This document shows positions 1 to 10,192 of a DNA stretch of 32,000 nt, one piece after another. Source of the DNA: Caldivirga maquilingensis IC-167. Its GTDB lineage: Archaea; Thermoproteota; Thermoprotei; Thermoproteales; Thermocladiaceae. The stretch's first letter is position 1. Every line of letters starts with the position of its first letter. The stretch spans positions 2,045,568 through 2,077,567 of the forward strand of contig NC_009954.1 in the NCBI RefSeq assembly GCF_000018305.1, written 5' to 3'. Both the position numbers and the translations under genes were made by a program. The notes beneath the pieces were generated by a model. It saw only the letters and a list, made by a program, of their open reading frames with translations. It did no database searches and was not told where the DNA came from.

Positions 1-145
1 GCAAGTATGACCATTGCCCTATAGGCGTACTTAAGGTCATACTCCGCATTATTAATTAGCATAATTAGCGATATCGGTGAGGTCTTTATAAACCATTTCA
101 CTTAATTAACATTGAAATCAATAAATAACCGAAGGCTTAAACCCA

Positions 146-811
146 ATGAGTGCACTGGGAATGAGGAGGAGCATAGTACTGGATCCCCTTGAATCACACC
201 TCTCTAGGTTAGTTTACATGAGGGTTATGAGCGGCTTAGGCCTAAACTTCAGTAATGACGCAAAGGCAGCTGAACTAGCCAGCCACTACTGCAGCGGTGA
301 CCCGGATCAATTATGGTCCTTAAACTGGGAAACAGTGACAATCTACATGCCGCCTTATGCCGGTGAACCTAATCCACGTGGATTAATTATAGCTGTTGAG
401 GGTTATACACTACGTAGGCTACTTAATGATGGTGTCGTCCCCGACATAGTTGTCACCGACTTTGATTATGAACCAGATAGCCTAATTGGGTTTAAGGGCA
501 TTGTTATTGGTCACGCCCATGGTGACAACGTGAATGCGTATGTTAAGTATGCTAGGCACGTAAGTAGGCTAATACCAAGTGTCCAGGTTTGGCCAGTGGA
601 CTGCTCAATCCTAGTACCAGGCTTCACTGATGGTGATAGGGCGGTTTACCTAGCCGCCTACATGGGTTCACGGCGAATTACAGTAAGGGGGTTTAACCCC
701 GATGCACCAATTAAGAGGAGTGATGAGGTTAAGAGGATGAAGCTTAAGTTAGCTGAATACTTCATTAATAGGGCAAGTAGGTTAACTAATATTAGTATTA
801 GTAAGTATTAG
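146..811 (+). CDS. MptE-like (DUF115) 6-hydroxymethylpterin pyrophosphokinase family protein
   Basis: 221-aa ORF. Motifs 'PDIVVTDFDYEPD' and 'GHAHGDN' match my recollection of the archaeal MptE/DUF115 signature (..TDlDg.. / HAHGDN). Confidence 0.5.
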   Translation: MSALGMRRSIVLDPLESHLSRLVYMRVMSGLGLNFSNDAKAAELASHYCSGDPDQLWSLNWETVTIYMPPYAGEPNPRGLIIAVEGYTLRRLLNDGVVPDIVVTDFDYEPDSLIGFKGIVIGHAHGDNVNAYVKYARHVSRLIPSVQVWPVDCSILVPGFTDGDRAVYLAAYMGSRRITVRGFNPDAPIKRSDEVKRMKLKLAEYFINRASRLTNISISKY

Positions 812-847
812 CCGTTGATGTTTTCAAGCTTAATAAACTTATAAATC

Positions 848-1783
848 TTGGAGAGTTTAATCCAGGTGCATGAGAATGCATCAGGGTGCGTAACCGTAGT
901 TATTCCAGTTAAGAATGAGGAGGAGGGGCTTGACTTCACATTAAGGGAATTAAGGGAATTAGGGTTTAATGACGTAATAGTTGTTGATGGGCACTCCACT
1001 GATAATACTGTTAACGTTGCAAGGAAGTATGGGGCATTAGTGGTGGAGCAGCCTGGGGAGGGGAAGGCTGATGCGGTGTATTATGGTTTAAGAATGGTTA
1101 AGAAACCTTACGCCCTAGTAATAGATGGTGACGGTACGTATGATCCATCCTACATACAGGCAATGTTAAGTAAAGCCATTAATGAGGACTTAGATGAGGT
1201 TCTCGGAGCCAGGACCTGGGGTAGGGAGAATATACCATTAATTAACAGGTTCGGTAACAGAATCCTCACCTCCCTATTCAACTTAATGTTTGGGACAAAC
1301 CTATCGGATGTATTAACAGGCATGTACTTATTAAGGACAAGTATGGCTAAGGCCATAATACCCTCCACCAGTGGATTCAGCGTGGAGGTTGATATTGCAT
1401 CACAAGTCGCATCCATGGGTAAGGTGGGGGAAGTACCCATTAAGTATCGTAGAAGGATCGGGGACCCTAAGTTGAAGTGGACTCACGGCATAAGCATAGG
1501 CTTTGACATGATTAGACTAATGGCAAGGTTCAACCCCTTACTCATACTAGCTCTATTGGCTAGTTTACTCGTGTTTCCTGGAATAGCGATAACAATATAT
1601 GTGGCTTCCCAATTAATAGTTAACCACATTAACCACTTCATATGGGGTATTATAGCCTTCCAGCTTGACACCACGGGTTTGCTTGGAATCCTAATCTCAC
1701 TAAACACGCTTATGATTAAGAGAATGGAGTATAGGGTTATTAGACTATTCACTAAGAGGGAGGCTGAATGCGCATTAGAGTAA
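848..1783 (+). CDS. Family-2 glycosyltransferase (dolichyl-phosphate sugar synthase-like) with C-terminal TM segments
   Basis: 'VVIPVKNEEEGL', 'VVDGHSTDNT' and 'DGDGTYDP' (DxD) are typical of GT2. The C-terminus is hydrophobic. The start is non-ATG (TTG 848 or GTG 866), with an AT-rich TATA-like stretch just upstream. Confidence 0.8.
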   Translation: MESLIQVHENASGCVTVVIPVKNEEEGLDFTLRELRELGFNDVIVVDGHSTDNTVNVARKYGALVVEQPGEGKADAVYYGLRMVKKPYALVIDGDGTYDPSYIQAMLSKAINEDLDEVLGARTWGRENIPLINRFGNRILTSLFNLMFGTNLSDVLTGMYLLRTSMAKAIIPSTSGFSVEVDIASQVASMGKVGEVPIKYRRRIGDPKLKWTHGISIGFDMIRLMARFNPLLILALLASLLVFPGIAITIYVASQLIVNHINHFIWGIIAFQLDTTGLLGILISLNTLMIKRMEYRVIRLFTKREAECALE

Positions 1784-1866
1784 TTAACCCAAGTACCCAC
1801 TTATGATTGAATCTCATCTTCATAGGTGACTTAAGTGAACTTAAGGCAACCCGGTGATGAAAGGAA

Positions 1867-2943
1867 CTAGATTACGCCTGTTTGCTCCAAGGCAGCCTCA
1901 GCAGCCTCCCTGGTTAAGCCATTTGAACCAAGTATAGTGTACCTGTCTGGCCTAATTCTATGAGCATTCATTAACGCCTCAACCACCAGTTCCTTATCGT
2001 ATCCAAGTTCCTTAAAGCTTGTTGGTAGGCCAAGCATCTTCATTATTTTAATTATCCTCCTCCAATTAGCACCATGTAGGTAAAGCATAATCACTGAGCT
2101 TAAGGCAACCTGCATACCATGCATTGCCTGCTTCACCCCATATTCCCTAGCCAGTAAGTCAAGGGAATGACTAAAGAGGTGCTCAGACCCACTGCATGGC
2201 CTTGTACTACCAGCTATAGCCATGGCTACCCCGCAGCCTAATAGGGCTTTAACAACTATCCTAGTCTCCTCTTCACCATGCCTAGTTAATTTATTCACGT
2301 TATTCATTATTATCATGTGGCTTGATAAGGCTAACATGGCTGCTGATTCACTGTAGTCTTCACCCTTAATCCTATGGCCAAGTCTCCAATCCATTAAAGC
2401 CACCTTCTTACCCAGTAATTCCCCAATACCGGCTAGTAGGAATACCCTAGGTGCCTCAGCAACTATGCCAGTATCCACTATTATTGCTAAGGGGGTTTTC
2501 CTAACCTTACCCACACCTAACTTGTTTAAATCATCCTGCATTAGGAATGAAATATACGGTGACGCTATACCATCATGACTAGCTACAGTTGGTATTGATA
2601 TTAAATGCTTATTAAGCTTATAGGCTATAACCTTACTAACATCAATAACCCTACCCCCACCTACACCGGCGATGAAGTCAACATCAGAGAACGCACTCAT
2701 ACCCTTCACTACGTCGCTTAATTCAATTTCATCATCACTAATTATCTGGCAATCAACGCACTGTTCACTAACCTTAGATGCAATATGCCTACTGTGAATG
2801 TGACCAGTTATTATTAAACCCCTCCTTAATCCAAGGTAAGTAAGCACCTCTGAAACCTTACCTATGGCGTTAGGCCCAAAAACAACCTGCCTCGGAACCT
2901 CAAACAACTCCAAGCCCTTAACCACGAAGATAACAGTTTGCAC
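1867..2943 (-). CDS. egsA: Glycerol-1-phosphate dehydrogenase [NAD(P)+]
   Basis: 358 aa. 'GVGGGRVIDVSK', 'ASHDGIASP' and 'GSEHLFSH' fit the G1PDH / iron-ADH-like fold of the archaeal ether-lipid backbone enzyme. Confidence 0.85.
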   Translation of the reverse strand: MQTVIFVVKGLELFEVPRQVVFGPNAIGKVSEVLTYLGLRRGLIITGHIHSRHIASKVSEQCVDCQIISDDEIELSDVVKGMSAFSDVDFIAGVGGGRVIDVSKVIAYKLNKHLISIPTVASHDGIASPYISFLMQDDLNKLGVGKVRKTPLAIIVDTGIVAEAPRVFLLAGIGELLGKKVALMDWRLGHRIKGEDYSESAAMLALSSHMIIMNNVNKLTRHGEEETRIVVKALLGCGVAMAIAGSTRPCSGSEHLFSHSLDLLAREYGVKQAMHGMQVALSSVIMLYLHGANWRRIIKIMKMLGLPTSFKELGYDKELVVEALMNAHRIRPDRYTILGSNGLTREAAEAALEQTGVI

Positions 2944-2992
2944 CCTTTATATTTATACTTATAACGATGCACCTAAGGGTCCTTGAATGGTG

Positions 2993-4438
2993 TTAATACC
3001 TCCTTGATAATCTAAGCCAGTACTCAGCCTTCTTCTCACTGCAGGCTGCGTCACGAAGGTCACTTGGGGTTTCATCAGTATCCAGTGGTATGCCTAATGC
3101 ATCGGATTCAGTGAGCTCCATTATTCTCCTACCGCATTCATCATCGCCACTCCACGGAACCTCAACCACACCACCCTCATTGAGCAATGCCTTAGCTTCA
3201 CTTACATTGCTGCTTCTCCTAACGTGGCTCCTTAACCACTCCCACGTTGACTTACGCATATTATCCTCTATAGCCTTCATTAATTCCCTCACGGCATCAA
3301 CGACATTACTCCTCTCCACGGCATACTTCTCGAATGTATCCCTCCTGGTTAATGTTACTGCATTATCCTTAACATCACTCGGCCCCACCTCCAGCCTAAT
3401 TGGAACACCCTTAAGCTCCCAGTGGTAGTACTTCCAGCCAGGTGTCTTATCCCTCCTATCATCAACATGAACCCTCACACCGGCATTAAGTAATTCACCG
3501 CTTACACCCTTAGCGTAATTCAATACGCTTTGATCCTCACCATACATTATCGGTATTACCACTACTTGAATTGGAGCGTACCTTGGGGGTAGGAGTAAAC
3601 CCCTATCATCACCGTTAACAGCGATCATTGACGCTATGATTCTCTCAGATATTCCGTAACTGGTGGTGTGAATGTAATGCATTTGCCCATCCTTACCCAG
3701 GTACTTCACGTCAAAAACCCTTGAGAAGTTCTCACCCAGGTAGTGAACAGTGCCTATTTGCATTGTCCTACCGTCGGGCATTATTGTATCGAAGGCTATG
3801 GTGTATACTGCACCTGCGAATTTATCCCAATCCGGTCTCCTACTTATTAAGTACGGTATGCATAATTCATCCATAATCCTCCTATATATGCCTACAGCCT
3901 CCTTAACCTGCCTCTCAGCATCATCCCTATCCGCATGGGCAGTGTGAGCCTCCTTAAACATTGAAATCTCCCTAAGCCTAATCATTGGGTGAGTCATCTT
4001 TGTTTCAGCACGAAACACACTGACTATTTGATACACCCTCAATGGTAAATCCGTGTGATCCCTTATCCAAAGCTTAAACATAGGCATCATAGCAGTCTCA
4101 CTGGTCGGCCTCAACACTAGGCGCTCCTCACCACCAGTACCCTTACTAACCCAGAAGACTTCACTCTCAAAACCCCTAATATGCTCACTCTCCTTTGAGA
4201 AGAACTCATAGGGGATGAACACGGGGAATAATACCTCCTGGTGCCCTGTCTCATCATGTAGGCGACGTATTAACGCCTCCACATTACGCCTAATAGCGAC
4301 ACCGTAAGGCCTCCATATGTAGGCCCCCTTAACAGGGTACCTGTAGTCATACACTTCAGCATCCATTATTACCTTATTAAACCACTCAATGAATGAAACC
4401 CACCTACTCCTAGGCCTCCCCTGAGGCCCCCTAACCAC
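2993..4438 (-). CDS. proS: Proline--tRNA ligase (archaeal/eukaryote-like type)
   Basis: 481 aa with class II aaRS core motifs ('LRPTSET', 'VFRAE', 'GTVHYLG'). It has an anticodon-binding domain and a C-terminal extension ending in Tyr ('SRRY'), typical of archaeal-type ProRS. The start is GTG. Confidence 0.9.
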
Positions 4439-4531
4439 CTTTAGGTTAACCGTGGCAATACAAATCCCCTGTGGTTATTGTCTCAGGTTTTATAAACATA
4501 AGCCTATTCAGTATTCAGGAGACGGATGAGG

Positions 4532-4543
4532 AATAATTAAAAG
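4532..4543 (+). promoter_or_regulatory. TATA-like box for the tldD-like gene
   Basis: 'aataattaaaag' is centred about 27 nt upstream of ATG 4565, the leaderless geometry that recurs across this window. Confidence 0.35.
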
Positions 4544-4564
4544 CCGCAACAGCGCAGTGAAATT

Positions 4565-5992
4565 ATGGAGGATGAATTAAGGAGGCTTCTAGATAAGGCC
4601 CTCAGCCTAGGTGCCTCATACGCTGAGGTTAGGTATCAGGTTGATTCAGAGAGGAGTATTAGGGTTAGGAATGGTGTACTTGAAATGTCATCAACAGACT
4701 CAACGGAGGGGTATTCGGTTAGGGTACTTTACAAGGGGGCCTGGGGCTTCTCCTCTGGGCCAAGTCCATCAATTGAGCTTGCTGAAACCGCCTTCAAGAT
4801 GGCTAGGGCAGCATCCTTATTAAAGCCTAAGGGTGCTTCACTAGCCCCCGGTGAGTTAGCATCATTAAGGTATGATGTTGTTGAGAAGGTTAAACTCAAT
4901 GATGTTCAAATTGAGGATGCCGTAAAGTACATGATGGATTTAGACAAGGCAATTAACGTGGATAAGAGACTAACCGTTAGGATACTTAACTTAAACATGA
5001 TGGAGACTAGGAAAACCATAATTAATAGTGAGGGGGCATTAGTGGAGAGTAGGGTTCCTAGGCTTGAGTTATTCATGATAATTATAGCCCATGACCCAGG
5101 TAGGGGACTTAGCCAACAGAGAAGCGAACAATACGGTGGTAGTGGTGGTTGGGAGTTGACGAAAACCCTCCGCATAGAGGAGGATGCCAAGGGGAATGCT
5201 GAAACATTGGTTAAAATCATTGATGAGGCGAAGCCCATTAAGAGTGAGGAGAAGCTTGACGTAGTATTCTCACCTGAGTTGGCGGGTATATTTGTTCACG
5301 AATCCATAGGCCACCCCAGTGAGCTAGATAGAATAATGGGTAGGGAGGGGGCGGAGGCTGGGGAATCATACATGAAGCCCAGTGACCTAGGGAATTTGAG
5401 AATTGGAAGTGAACACGTCACCATAATTGATGATCCAACGATACCGAATAGCTACGGTTACTACCTGGTTGATGAGGAGGGGGTTAAGGCTAGGCCTAGG
5501 ATCCTTGTTAATAAGGGTGTTGTTAATGAATTCCTAATGAATAGGGAGTACGCGGCGTACATTGGGGCACGTAGTAATGCCGCGGCTAGGGCAAGTGAAT
5601 TCAATAGGGAGCCGATACCGAGAATGGCTAATACTTACTTAGCCCCAGGTGATTGGAAGCCTGAGGAGTTGATTAGGGAGACTAGGAATGGGTTGTATTT
5701 CGTTTCTTACCAGGAGTGGAACATTGATGATAGGAGGTGGTTCGGTAGGTATGGTGGATTGGAGGCTTATAGGATTACTAACGGTGAATTAGGTGAATTA
5801 GTTCTAATGCCGTACGTGGAGTTAACCACCAAGGCCCTTTGGAGTAGTGTTGACGCAGTGGCCAATGACCTATCCTTCAACGCCGGTACCTGCGGTAAAG
5901 GTAACCCATCGCAGGGTGTACCCGTGTGGTTTGGTGGCGTAACCTTTAGGGCTAAGAATATACTGGTTAAGCCCCCTGTCTTAAATCAATAA
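4565..5992 (+). CDS. tldD: TldD-family metalloprotease
   Basis: 475 aa with the 'HESIGHPSE' (HExxxH) motif. Overall TldD/PmbA-like layout, including the C-terminal 'GTCGKG' region. Confidence 0.85.
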   Translation: MEDELRRLLDKALSLGASYAEVRYQVDSERSIRVRNGVLEMSSTDSTEGYSVRVLYKGAWGFSSGPSPSIELAETAFKMARAASLLKPKGASLAPGELASLRYDVVEKVKLNDVQIEDAVKYMMDLDKAINVDKRLTVRILNLNMMETRKTIINSEGALVESRVPRLELFMIIIAHDPGRGLSQQRSEQYGGSGGWELTKTLRIEEDAKGNAETLVKIIDEAKPIKSEEKLDVVFSPELAGIFVHESIGHPSELDRIMGREGAEAGESYMKPSDLGNLRIGSEHVTIIDDPTIPNSYGYYLVDEEGVKARPRILVNKGVVNEFLMNREYAAYIGARSNAAARASEFNREPIPRMANTYLAPGDWKPEELIRETRNGLYFVSYQEWNIDDRRWFGRYGGLEAYRITNGELGELVLMPYVELTTKALWSSVDAVANDLSFNAGTCGKGNPSQGVPVWFGGVTFRAKNILVKPPVLNQ

Positions 5993-6013
5993 CCCCTGTA
6001 TCCCGGATTTGGC

Positions 6014-6565
6014 TTAATTAATCCTGGTTAAGTAGGTTGCTAAATTATTGAAGGCCCTTGACCTATGCGACAACTTATTCTTTAAATCCTCACCCATCTC
6101 AGCGAACGTTAAGTCATAGCCCTCGGGAATGAAGACTGGGTCATACCCAAACCCACTACTACCCCTCGGCTCCTCACTTAACCTACCCTTAACAATACCT
6201 GTGAATAACTTAACCTCATTATTAATGCATAAGCCCACAACGGACTTAAAGTACGCACCCCTGTCCCTTGAGCCTTGAAGAAGCCTCAACAGGCCCCTTA
6301 ACCCTATTGTCCTATAAACGTACTCTGAGTAGGGTCCGGGGAAACCGTTAAGGGAATCCACGAATAAGCCGTCATCCTCAACGACAAGCCAATCAACGCA
6401 ATTTAACCTAAGAGCGTAATTAACGATCTCCTCCAAGCTATCACTCTGAATCTCAACCTTATTAATCGAATTCTCCATCACTATACTTATACCGTACTGG
6501 GAGAGTATTGAAGTAGCCTCCTTCAACTTATGTTGATTCCTAGTCACGAACCTTAAGGTCACCAT
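6014..6565 (-). CDS. Non-canonical purine NTP pyrophosphatase (HAM1/RdgB/ITPase family)
   Basis: 183 aa. Motifs 'TRNQHKLKE', 'GFPGPYS', 'GFGYDPVF' and 'SHRSRA' are typical of the family. Confidence 0.85.
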   Translation of the reverse strand: MVTLRFVTRNQHKLKEATSILSQYGISIVMENSINKVEIQSDSLEEIVNYALRLNCVDWLVVEDDGLFVDSLNGFPGPYSEYVYRTIGLRGLLRLLQGSRDRGAYFKSVVGLCINNEVKLFTGIVKGRLSEEPRGSSGFGYDPVFIPEGYDLTFAEMGEDLKNKLSHRSRAFNNLATYLTRIN

Positions 6566-6651
6566 AATAGGTCCCTAATACATGGGGAAATATACCTTTA
6601 GGTGTTTCATTACGACAGTAATACTTATTAATTCACAACACTCACCCACTA

Positions 6652-6939
6652 ATGCGTAGAGACACTGCGATTGGTGTTGCATTAATGGTGATTGGGGCAG
6701 TGGTAATAGTGGCTTACGGTTGGTTAGTCTTCGCCACCCCATGGTGGCGTATTGTACTTGAGTTAACAGGCTTCATAGCAGTCGCCGCCGTATTCGGTAT
6801 ACTGGCGTGGATTGGGTACGCCCTAGCAACCACACCACCACCAAAGCCCATTGAGGAGATTGAGAAGGAGATTCAGGAGGAGCTGCAGAAGCTTCAGGAG
6901 GAGGAGAAGAAGCAGGAGGGTAGTAAGGGGTCATCTTAA
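6652..6939 (+). CDS. Small membrane protein (2 predicted TM helices plus a Glu/Lys-rich tail)
   Basis: 95-aa ORF with two hydrophobic stretches followed by 'EEIEKEIQEELQKLQEEEKKQE'. I recognise no family. Confidence 0.45.
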   Translation: MRRDTAIGVALMVIGAVVIVAYGWLVFATPWWRIVLELTGFIAVAAVFGILAWIGYALATTPPPKPIEEIEKEIQEELQKLQEEEKKQEGSKGSS

Positions 6940-6979
6940 CATTCAAGGTTACTTAGTAATGCATTAAAATTAAAACATG

Positions 6980-7294
6980 TTAACTCCTCCTAATACCCTG
7001 TAGGGATTTTAAGTCATTGATACCGATTATGACCTTATCTAAGTAATCCGTTATAAGCACCATGGTGTATATCGACTTATCACCTATCATTAAATCAACG
7101 TGACTGTAATTAGCCTTAACTAGTGAGCAGCATGAACCAATGGTGGCCTCACCTTCAATTAATAAGCCTAATTCAACTGCAATATGCCTTGGTAAAATAC
7201 TGTGAAATGAACCGTTAACTTCACCATTAACTGTAACGCTTAATCCACTCCTCCTATTAATTACCTTAACAATCATTTCAAATCTAGAAGCCAT
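6980..7294 (-). CDS. Hypothetical protein (possibly a retropepsin-like fold lacking the catalytic Asp)
   Basis: 104-aa ORF. The pattern 'VNGEVNGSFHSILPRHIAVELGL...IIGINDL' resembles small archaeal clan-AA aspartic protease-like proteins, but NGS sits where D-T/S-G is expected. This is a weak call. Confidence 0.3.
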   Translation of the reverse strand: MASRFEMIVKVINRRSGLSVTVNGEVNGSFHSILPRHIAVELGLLIEGEATIGSCCSLVKANYSHVDLMIGDKSIYTMVLITDYLDKVIIGINDLKSLQGIRRS

Positions 7295-7385
7295 ACTGGT
7301 TTAATTAAACCTAACTCGTGATGAATCTAGGTATGAGGCAATAGTTTTAAGCCTATCATTAATTAAGCTTAAATCAGGGGGTGCC

Positions 7386-7673
7386 ATGGGGAGTGGGGTT
7401 AGGGTAAGGGTAATTGTTAAGGGTATTGTGCAGGGTGTGGGTTTTAGGTCATTCATTAGGCGTCATGCCACGGCCCTCGGTTTAACAGGCTATGTTAGGA
7501 ACCTGCCTGATGGTGAGTCCGTTGAAATAGTGGTGAGTGGACCGGAGGATAGGGTTAATGAGTTAATTAAGTTAGCTAAGAGGGGTCCACCCGCTGCTGT
7601 TGTTGATAGCGTGGAGGTGGAGCCTTATGAGGGTGTTGAGGATTTCACAGGCTTCTCAGTAAGGTATGATTAA
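7386..7673 (+). CDS. acyP: Acylphosphatase
   Basis: 95 aa with the 'VKGIVQGVGFR' phosphate-binding loop and 'GYVRNLPDG'. Confidence 0.9.
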   Translation: MGSGVRVRVIVKGIVQGVGFRSFIRRHATALGLTGYVRNLPDGESVEIVVSGPEDRVNELIKLAKRGPPAAVVDSVEVEPYEGVEDFTGFSVRYD

Positions 7674-8674
7674 GCCAGGTGAAAAACCAGTATTATGTAG
7701 GCTACATAACCCATTAAACCCAGTACCGCTACATCAGGGGTTAACCTCCTCCTCACTATATGGTAAATCACCACCATTGAAATGACCTCAACCACTATAA
7801 CGCTTACTAATGCACCTAACGTTAACCTCCAGTGGGTTAGAAGTAGACCTAATGCCGGGTATATTGTGGAGTAAAGGACCTTCTCACCCACTAATGCGGC
7901 TACAGCCATGGTGTCCCTATTCTTAAGCACCCATATTACTGCGGTTATTGATTCAGGTAAGACAGTGGCTAAGGGGACGATGATTATTGTTAATGATAAT
8001 GCATCAATAGAGAGCAGGGAGGAGGCCTCATTAATGGCGTAAACCATTAGCCTTGAGCCAATTATTAAGATAACTAGGGCTAAAGCCGCTTGGGTAATGG
8101 CTAAGGCGTATTTACGCCTACTTAAGCCAATGATAAATGACAGGTATGGTTCCTCATAATCCTCAATCACCAATCCCTGGTGAGAGTACATTAACTTAAT
8201 GTAAATTAAGTAGGTTAGAATGAGCAGTAAAGCAACCGTGTACTTTACGGTAACATTACTTATTAAGGCTGGTAGAAGTATAGTTGGGTAGAGTGCGGTG
8301 AAGAGTAGGTAAGGGATTATTAATTCCTTATTAACCTCAAGTACCGTATCATCCCTAATCCCCATTAACCTACCTATGGTTACGAAGAGGAAGAGGAATG
8401 GGAAGACTATTGTGGATATCATGAAGGGTTCACCCATTACAGTCCCAATTCCAATATCCTGCCCAGACTCACCACCGTATAGGTAAAGAGCCACTGCAAA
8501 TATAATTAATTCAGGCATTGATGTAAAGATGGGTGATATTATTGCCCCAATGAAGGATTCACCAATCCTAGACCTCCCACCCATGTACTCTAAGGCATTA
8601 GTGAACAGTAAACCCCCAGTGAAGGTTAAGGCAACTCCAATGGCAATTAAAACAACTACGTCCACTATCCCCAT
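7670..8674 (-). CDS. Ca2+/cation antiporter (CaCA) family membrane protein
   Basis: 334 aa and polytopic. It carries alpha-repeat-like 'FTSMPELIIF' and 'TVLPESITAV'. Its stop overlaps the acyP stop convergently by 4 nt. Confidence 0.7.
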   Translation of the reverse strand: MGIVDVVVLIAIGVALTFTGGLLFTNALEYMGGRSRIGESFIGAIISPIFTSMPELIIFAVALYLYGGESGQDIGIGTVMGEPFMISTIVFPFLFLFVTIGRLMGIRDDTVLEVNKELIIPYLLFTALYPTILLPALISNVTVKYTVALLLILTYLIYIKLMYSHQGLVIEDYEEPYLSFIIGLSRRKYALAITQAALALVILIIGSRLMVYAINEASSLLSIDALSLTIIIVPLATVLPESITAVIWVLKNRDTMAVAALVGEKVLYSTIYPALGLLLTHWRLTLGALVSVIVVEVISMVVIYHIVRRRLTPDVAVLGLMGYVAYIILVFHLA

Positions 8675-8808
8675 TCATTAAGGTGAATTAATCAGCCTAT
8701 TTAAACTAAACTCAAGGTATTGTTGATGAGGCCCATCCCTAGTTACTTAAGTAGTAACGCATTGTGAACCACCCCAGGTTTTATTAATCCCTAAGCCGTG
8801 GTTTAAGC

Positions 8809-9219
8809 ATGTCCAGTAACCCCTGGGATGTAGTCTCGGAGTACGTGAACTCGCTTAGTGGATTAAAACCATTATTAGTCATAATGCATGGGTTATGGGT
8901 AACCGGTGAAGCATTCCTGATGGAGTCTAAACCACCCGTAGACTTGATAATCATCGCCGATAATGCACCAGTAGGTGTTAGGGAGGATGAGGTTAAGGGC
9001 TTAAGGATTAAGGCCAGGTTCCTCACACCGGAATCAGCGTTAAGCATGGTTGAGCAATGTGATGAGGAGTTAATTAACGCAATCTACACTGGTACATTTA
9101 TAGTGAAGGATGAGGAATTCTATAAGCGTATTGAGAATGCTTTAAATGAACAAATTAGGGAGGGTAGGTTAACTTGGGATAGTAAAAGGGGTCTTTGGGT
9201 TAAGGCATCCTTGATTTAA
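8809..9219 (+). CDS. Hypothetical protein, possible minimal nucleotidyltransferase fold
   Basis: 136 aa. 'HGLWVTGEA...PPVDLIIIAD' loosely resembles the GS-x(n)-D-x-D NTase motif. This is a weak call. Confidence 0.3.
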   Translation: MSSNPWDVVSEYVNSLSGLKPLLVIMHGLWVTGEAFLMESKPPVDLIIIADNAPVGVREDEVKGLRIKARFLTPESALSMVEQCDEELINAIYTGTFIVKDEEFYKRIENALNEQIREGRLTWDSKRGLWVKASLI

Positions 9220-9222
9220 GGC

Positions 9223-10050
9223 TTAACTGGATTTAACAACCATGAATAAGCCAATGATAGTAATCACTGCACCCACTACTTCAAGGGGTGTTACACTTGA
9301 TTTAATCATTAATGCACTGAAGTAGAGGGCTAGTATTGGTGTTAAGAGTAGTATTGACGATACTGTACTCGGCCTCTCACTGCTAATTGCCTTAAACCAG
9401 AGCATGAAGCCTAGTACCTGGGCATCAAGCACCACTAGAAGAATCAGTAAAATACCCTTAATGGTTAAGGATAATGCAGGATCAATGGGTAAAGCCAATG
9501 CAGTCACAGGTATTGATAATACTGATGATGATGCATTAGCCACCAATGGGTTAACATCCCTAAACCACATTGAGTAAAGAACAGTCCCAAGACCCCACAG
9601 TAAACCAGCCATTAAACCCACAACCACCCCAAGGCTAAGGGACAGTGAACTCAATGAAGCCACAGCAACCCCCATGAAACCCAATAAAACACCCCCAATC
9701 CTCATTAAACTCAACCTACGTTTAAGCATCAACCACTCAAAAACAGCCACAAAAAGCGGCTGCGTATATATCATTAACGCCGCTAAACCTGGATTAGGGG
9801 AGTAGAGTATTGACATGTTTATCAAAACCAGGAAAAGCCCCATGTTAAGCACCGACACTATAAGCATCCTTGAATTCAATATAAGCCTCCTAGCCAAAGG
9901 ATACATGAGTAATGAGGCGGCACCCACCCTAACCACTGAAATAACCATAGGCGAAGCATAAGCCTCAGCCATCCTTGTAAGCGGATACGCCACACCCCAC
10001 ACCAAGGCCAACGCAATAGAGTAAATCAAACCACCACTTAGCCTACTCAT
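9223..10050 (-). CDS. EamA/DMT-family transporter
   Basis: About 10 TM helices with duplicated EamA-like halves. The ORF is open to 10074, but the TATA-like 'ttttaaa' (10074-10080) abuts that ATG. The ATG at 10050 lies about 27 nt downstream of the TATA, so I prefer it. Confidence 0.7.
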   Translation of the reverse strand: MSRLSGGLIYSIALALVWGVAYPLTRMAEAYASPMVISVVRVGAASLLMYPLARRLILNSRMLIVSVLNMGLFLVLINMSILYSPNPGLAALMIYTQPLFVAVFEWLMLKRRLSLMRIGGVLLGFMGVAVASLSSLSLSLGVVVGLMAGLLWGLGTVLYSMWFRDVNPLVANASSSVLSIPVTALALPIDPALSLTIKGILLILLVVLDAQVLGFMLWFKAISSERPSTVSSILLLTPILALYFSALMIKSSVTPLEVVGAVITIIGLFMVVKSS

Positions 10051-10192
10051 CTCCCTGCACCAAATAACCCACATTTTAAACCTAACCCCTCACCGTGAAG
10101 TAAAGGAAGCCCAATTCCTCCAGGAATGAAATTAAATAATAAAGCCTAACTGAATCAAGTAAGCAACCCGCATGATGAAGATAATCATTAAA

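Noticed and set aside
4-43. 9-bp perfect hairpin stem (agtatgacc / ggtcatact) with a 22-nt loop at the window edge
   Set aside because: It sits at the truncated left edge with unknown context, possibly inside or just after an upstream gene. It is too short to interpret.
3090-3947. Plus-strand ORFs 3090..3428 and 3750..3947 inside the proS region
   Set aside because: They lie antisense to a strongly supported ProRS gene and encode Ser/Leu/Thr-rich low-complexity translations typical of shadow ORFs.
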